Assembly (NCBI RefSeq): GCF_003790525.1
Contig: NZ_CP033635.1
Strand: one strand, 5' to 3'
DNA length: 64,000 nt
Origin: Escherichia coli
GTDB lineage: Bacteria > Pseudomonadota > Gammaproteobacteria > Enterobacterales > Enterobacteriaceae
The position numbers were made by a program, and so were the translations under genes. Below the pieces are notes generated by a model. The model was not told the origin of the DNA. It worked only from the letters and a program-made list of their open reading frames with translations, and did no database searches. Positions 62,650 through 64,000 of this stretch are shown here, in pieces. Numbering within the stretch: the first letter of the stretch is position 1; every line of letters starts with the position of its first letter.

Positions 62650-63615
62650 ATGAAGCAGCAGGCAGGCATTGGCATTCTTTTGGCGCTCACCACAGCAATT
62701 TGCTGGGGGGCGTTGCCAATCGCAATGAAGCAGGTGCTGGAGGTGATGGAACCTCCGACAATCGTGTTTTACCGTTTCTTGATGGCGAGTATTGGCCTTG
62801 GTGCCATTCTTGCGGTGAAGAAGAGGTTGCCGCCATTACGCGTGTTTCGTAAGCCACGCTGGTTGATTTTGTTGGCAGTGGCGACCGCCGGGCTGTTTGG
62901 GAACTTCATCCTGTTCAGCTCATCCTTGCAATACCTGAGTCCGACCGCTTCGCAGGTGATTGGGCAACTCTCGCCAGTTGGCATGATGGTTGCCAGCGTA
63001 TTTATCCTGAAAGAGAAAATGCGCAGCACTCAGGTTGTAGGGGCATTGATGCTCCTGAGCGGCCTGGTGATGTTTTTTAACACCAGTCTGGTCGAGATAT
63101 TTACCAAGCTCACCGATTACACCTGGGGAGTAATCTTTGGGGTCGGTGCGGCGACGGTGTGGGTGAGTTATGGCGTGGCGCAAAAGGTTTTATTGCGTCG
63201 GCTGGCCTCACCGCAGATCCTGTTTTTACTGTACACTTTATGTACAATTGCGCTCTTCCCTCTGGCAAAGCCTGGAGTGATAGCGCAGCTTAGCCACTGG
63301 CAGCTCGCATGTTTAATTTTTTGCGGACTGAATACATTGGTAGGATATGGCGCCCTGGCGGAAGCGATGGCTCGCTGGCAGGCAGCGCAGGTGAGCGCGA
63401 TCATCACGCTCACCCCACTGTTTACGCTGTTTTTTTCAGATCTTTTATCACTGGCCTGGCCCGATTTCTTCGCCAGACCGATGTTAAACCTTTTAGGTTA
63501 TCTCGGTGCGTTTGTCGTGGTTGCGGGCGCGATGTATTCCGCCATTGGTCATCGTATTTGGGGCGGATTACGTAAGCATACAACGGTGGTATCGCAACCC
63601 CGCGCAGGCGAATGA
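62650..63615 (+). CDS. yhbE: EamA/DMT-family inner membrane transporter YhbE (321 aa)
   Basis: Polytopic membrane ORF; recognised as YhbE. Confidence 0.92.
   Translation: MKQQAGIGILLALTTAICWGALPIAMKQVLEVMEPPTIVFYRFLMASIGLGAILAVKKRLPPLRVFRKPRWLILLAVATAGLFGNFILFSSSLQYLSPTASQVIGQLSPVGMMVASVFILKEKMRSTQVVGALMLLSGLVMFFNTSLVEIFTKLTDYTWGVIFGVGAATVWVSYGVAQKVLLRRLASPQILFLLYTLCTIALFPLAKPGVIAQLSHWQLACLIFCGLNTLVGYGALAEAMARWQAAQVSAIITLTPLFTLFFSDLLSLAWPDFFARPMLNLLGYLGAFVVVAGAMYSAIGHRIWGGLRKHTTVVSQPRAGE

Positions 63616-64000
<385 letters not shown>

Overview
This window reads as an Escherichia coli-type chromosome segment, in reverse orientation relative to the K-12 map, running from yhdP/tldD/aaeRXAB through argR, mdh, degSQ, zapGE, rplM-rpsI, sspAB, dcuD, nanR-nanATEK-yhcH, gltDB, yhcC, arcB/ArcZ, elbB, mtgA, yrbL, the rpoN and lpt/kds/mla operons, murA, ispB, rplU-rpmA and yhbE to the start of obgE. 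All gene identifications rest on recognising the translated ORFs and gene order from memory; no database search was run. The one interval that does not fit that map is 26.06-34.77 kb, between yhcH and the 3' end of gltD, where I expected gltF and the yhcADEFG genes. It instead carries two compositionally distinct modules. The first is a small AT-rich plus-strand pair: a 164-aa acidic protein and an overlapping 48-aa basic protein, with its own promoter-like element and terminator. The second is a slightly GC-rich, tightly coupled five-gene minus-strand operon encoding a SWIM zinc-finger protein, a 534-aa helical protein, a MoxR-type AAA+ ATPase with an E-E Walker B, a 749-aa protein with no motif I recognise, and a VWA protein with a complete MIDAS motif. 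I saw no integrase, transposase, tRNA or CRISPR array at the junctions. This operon is the strongest candidate for an undescribed NTP-dependent system (defence, conflict or chaperone-like); its function is untested. The rest of the window is ordinary core genome, where I annotated known regulatory sites (NanR operator, ARG boxes, PhoP box), REP-like repeats, intrinsic terminators and the ArcZ sRNA.
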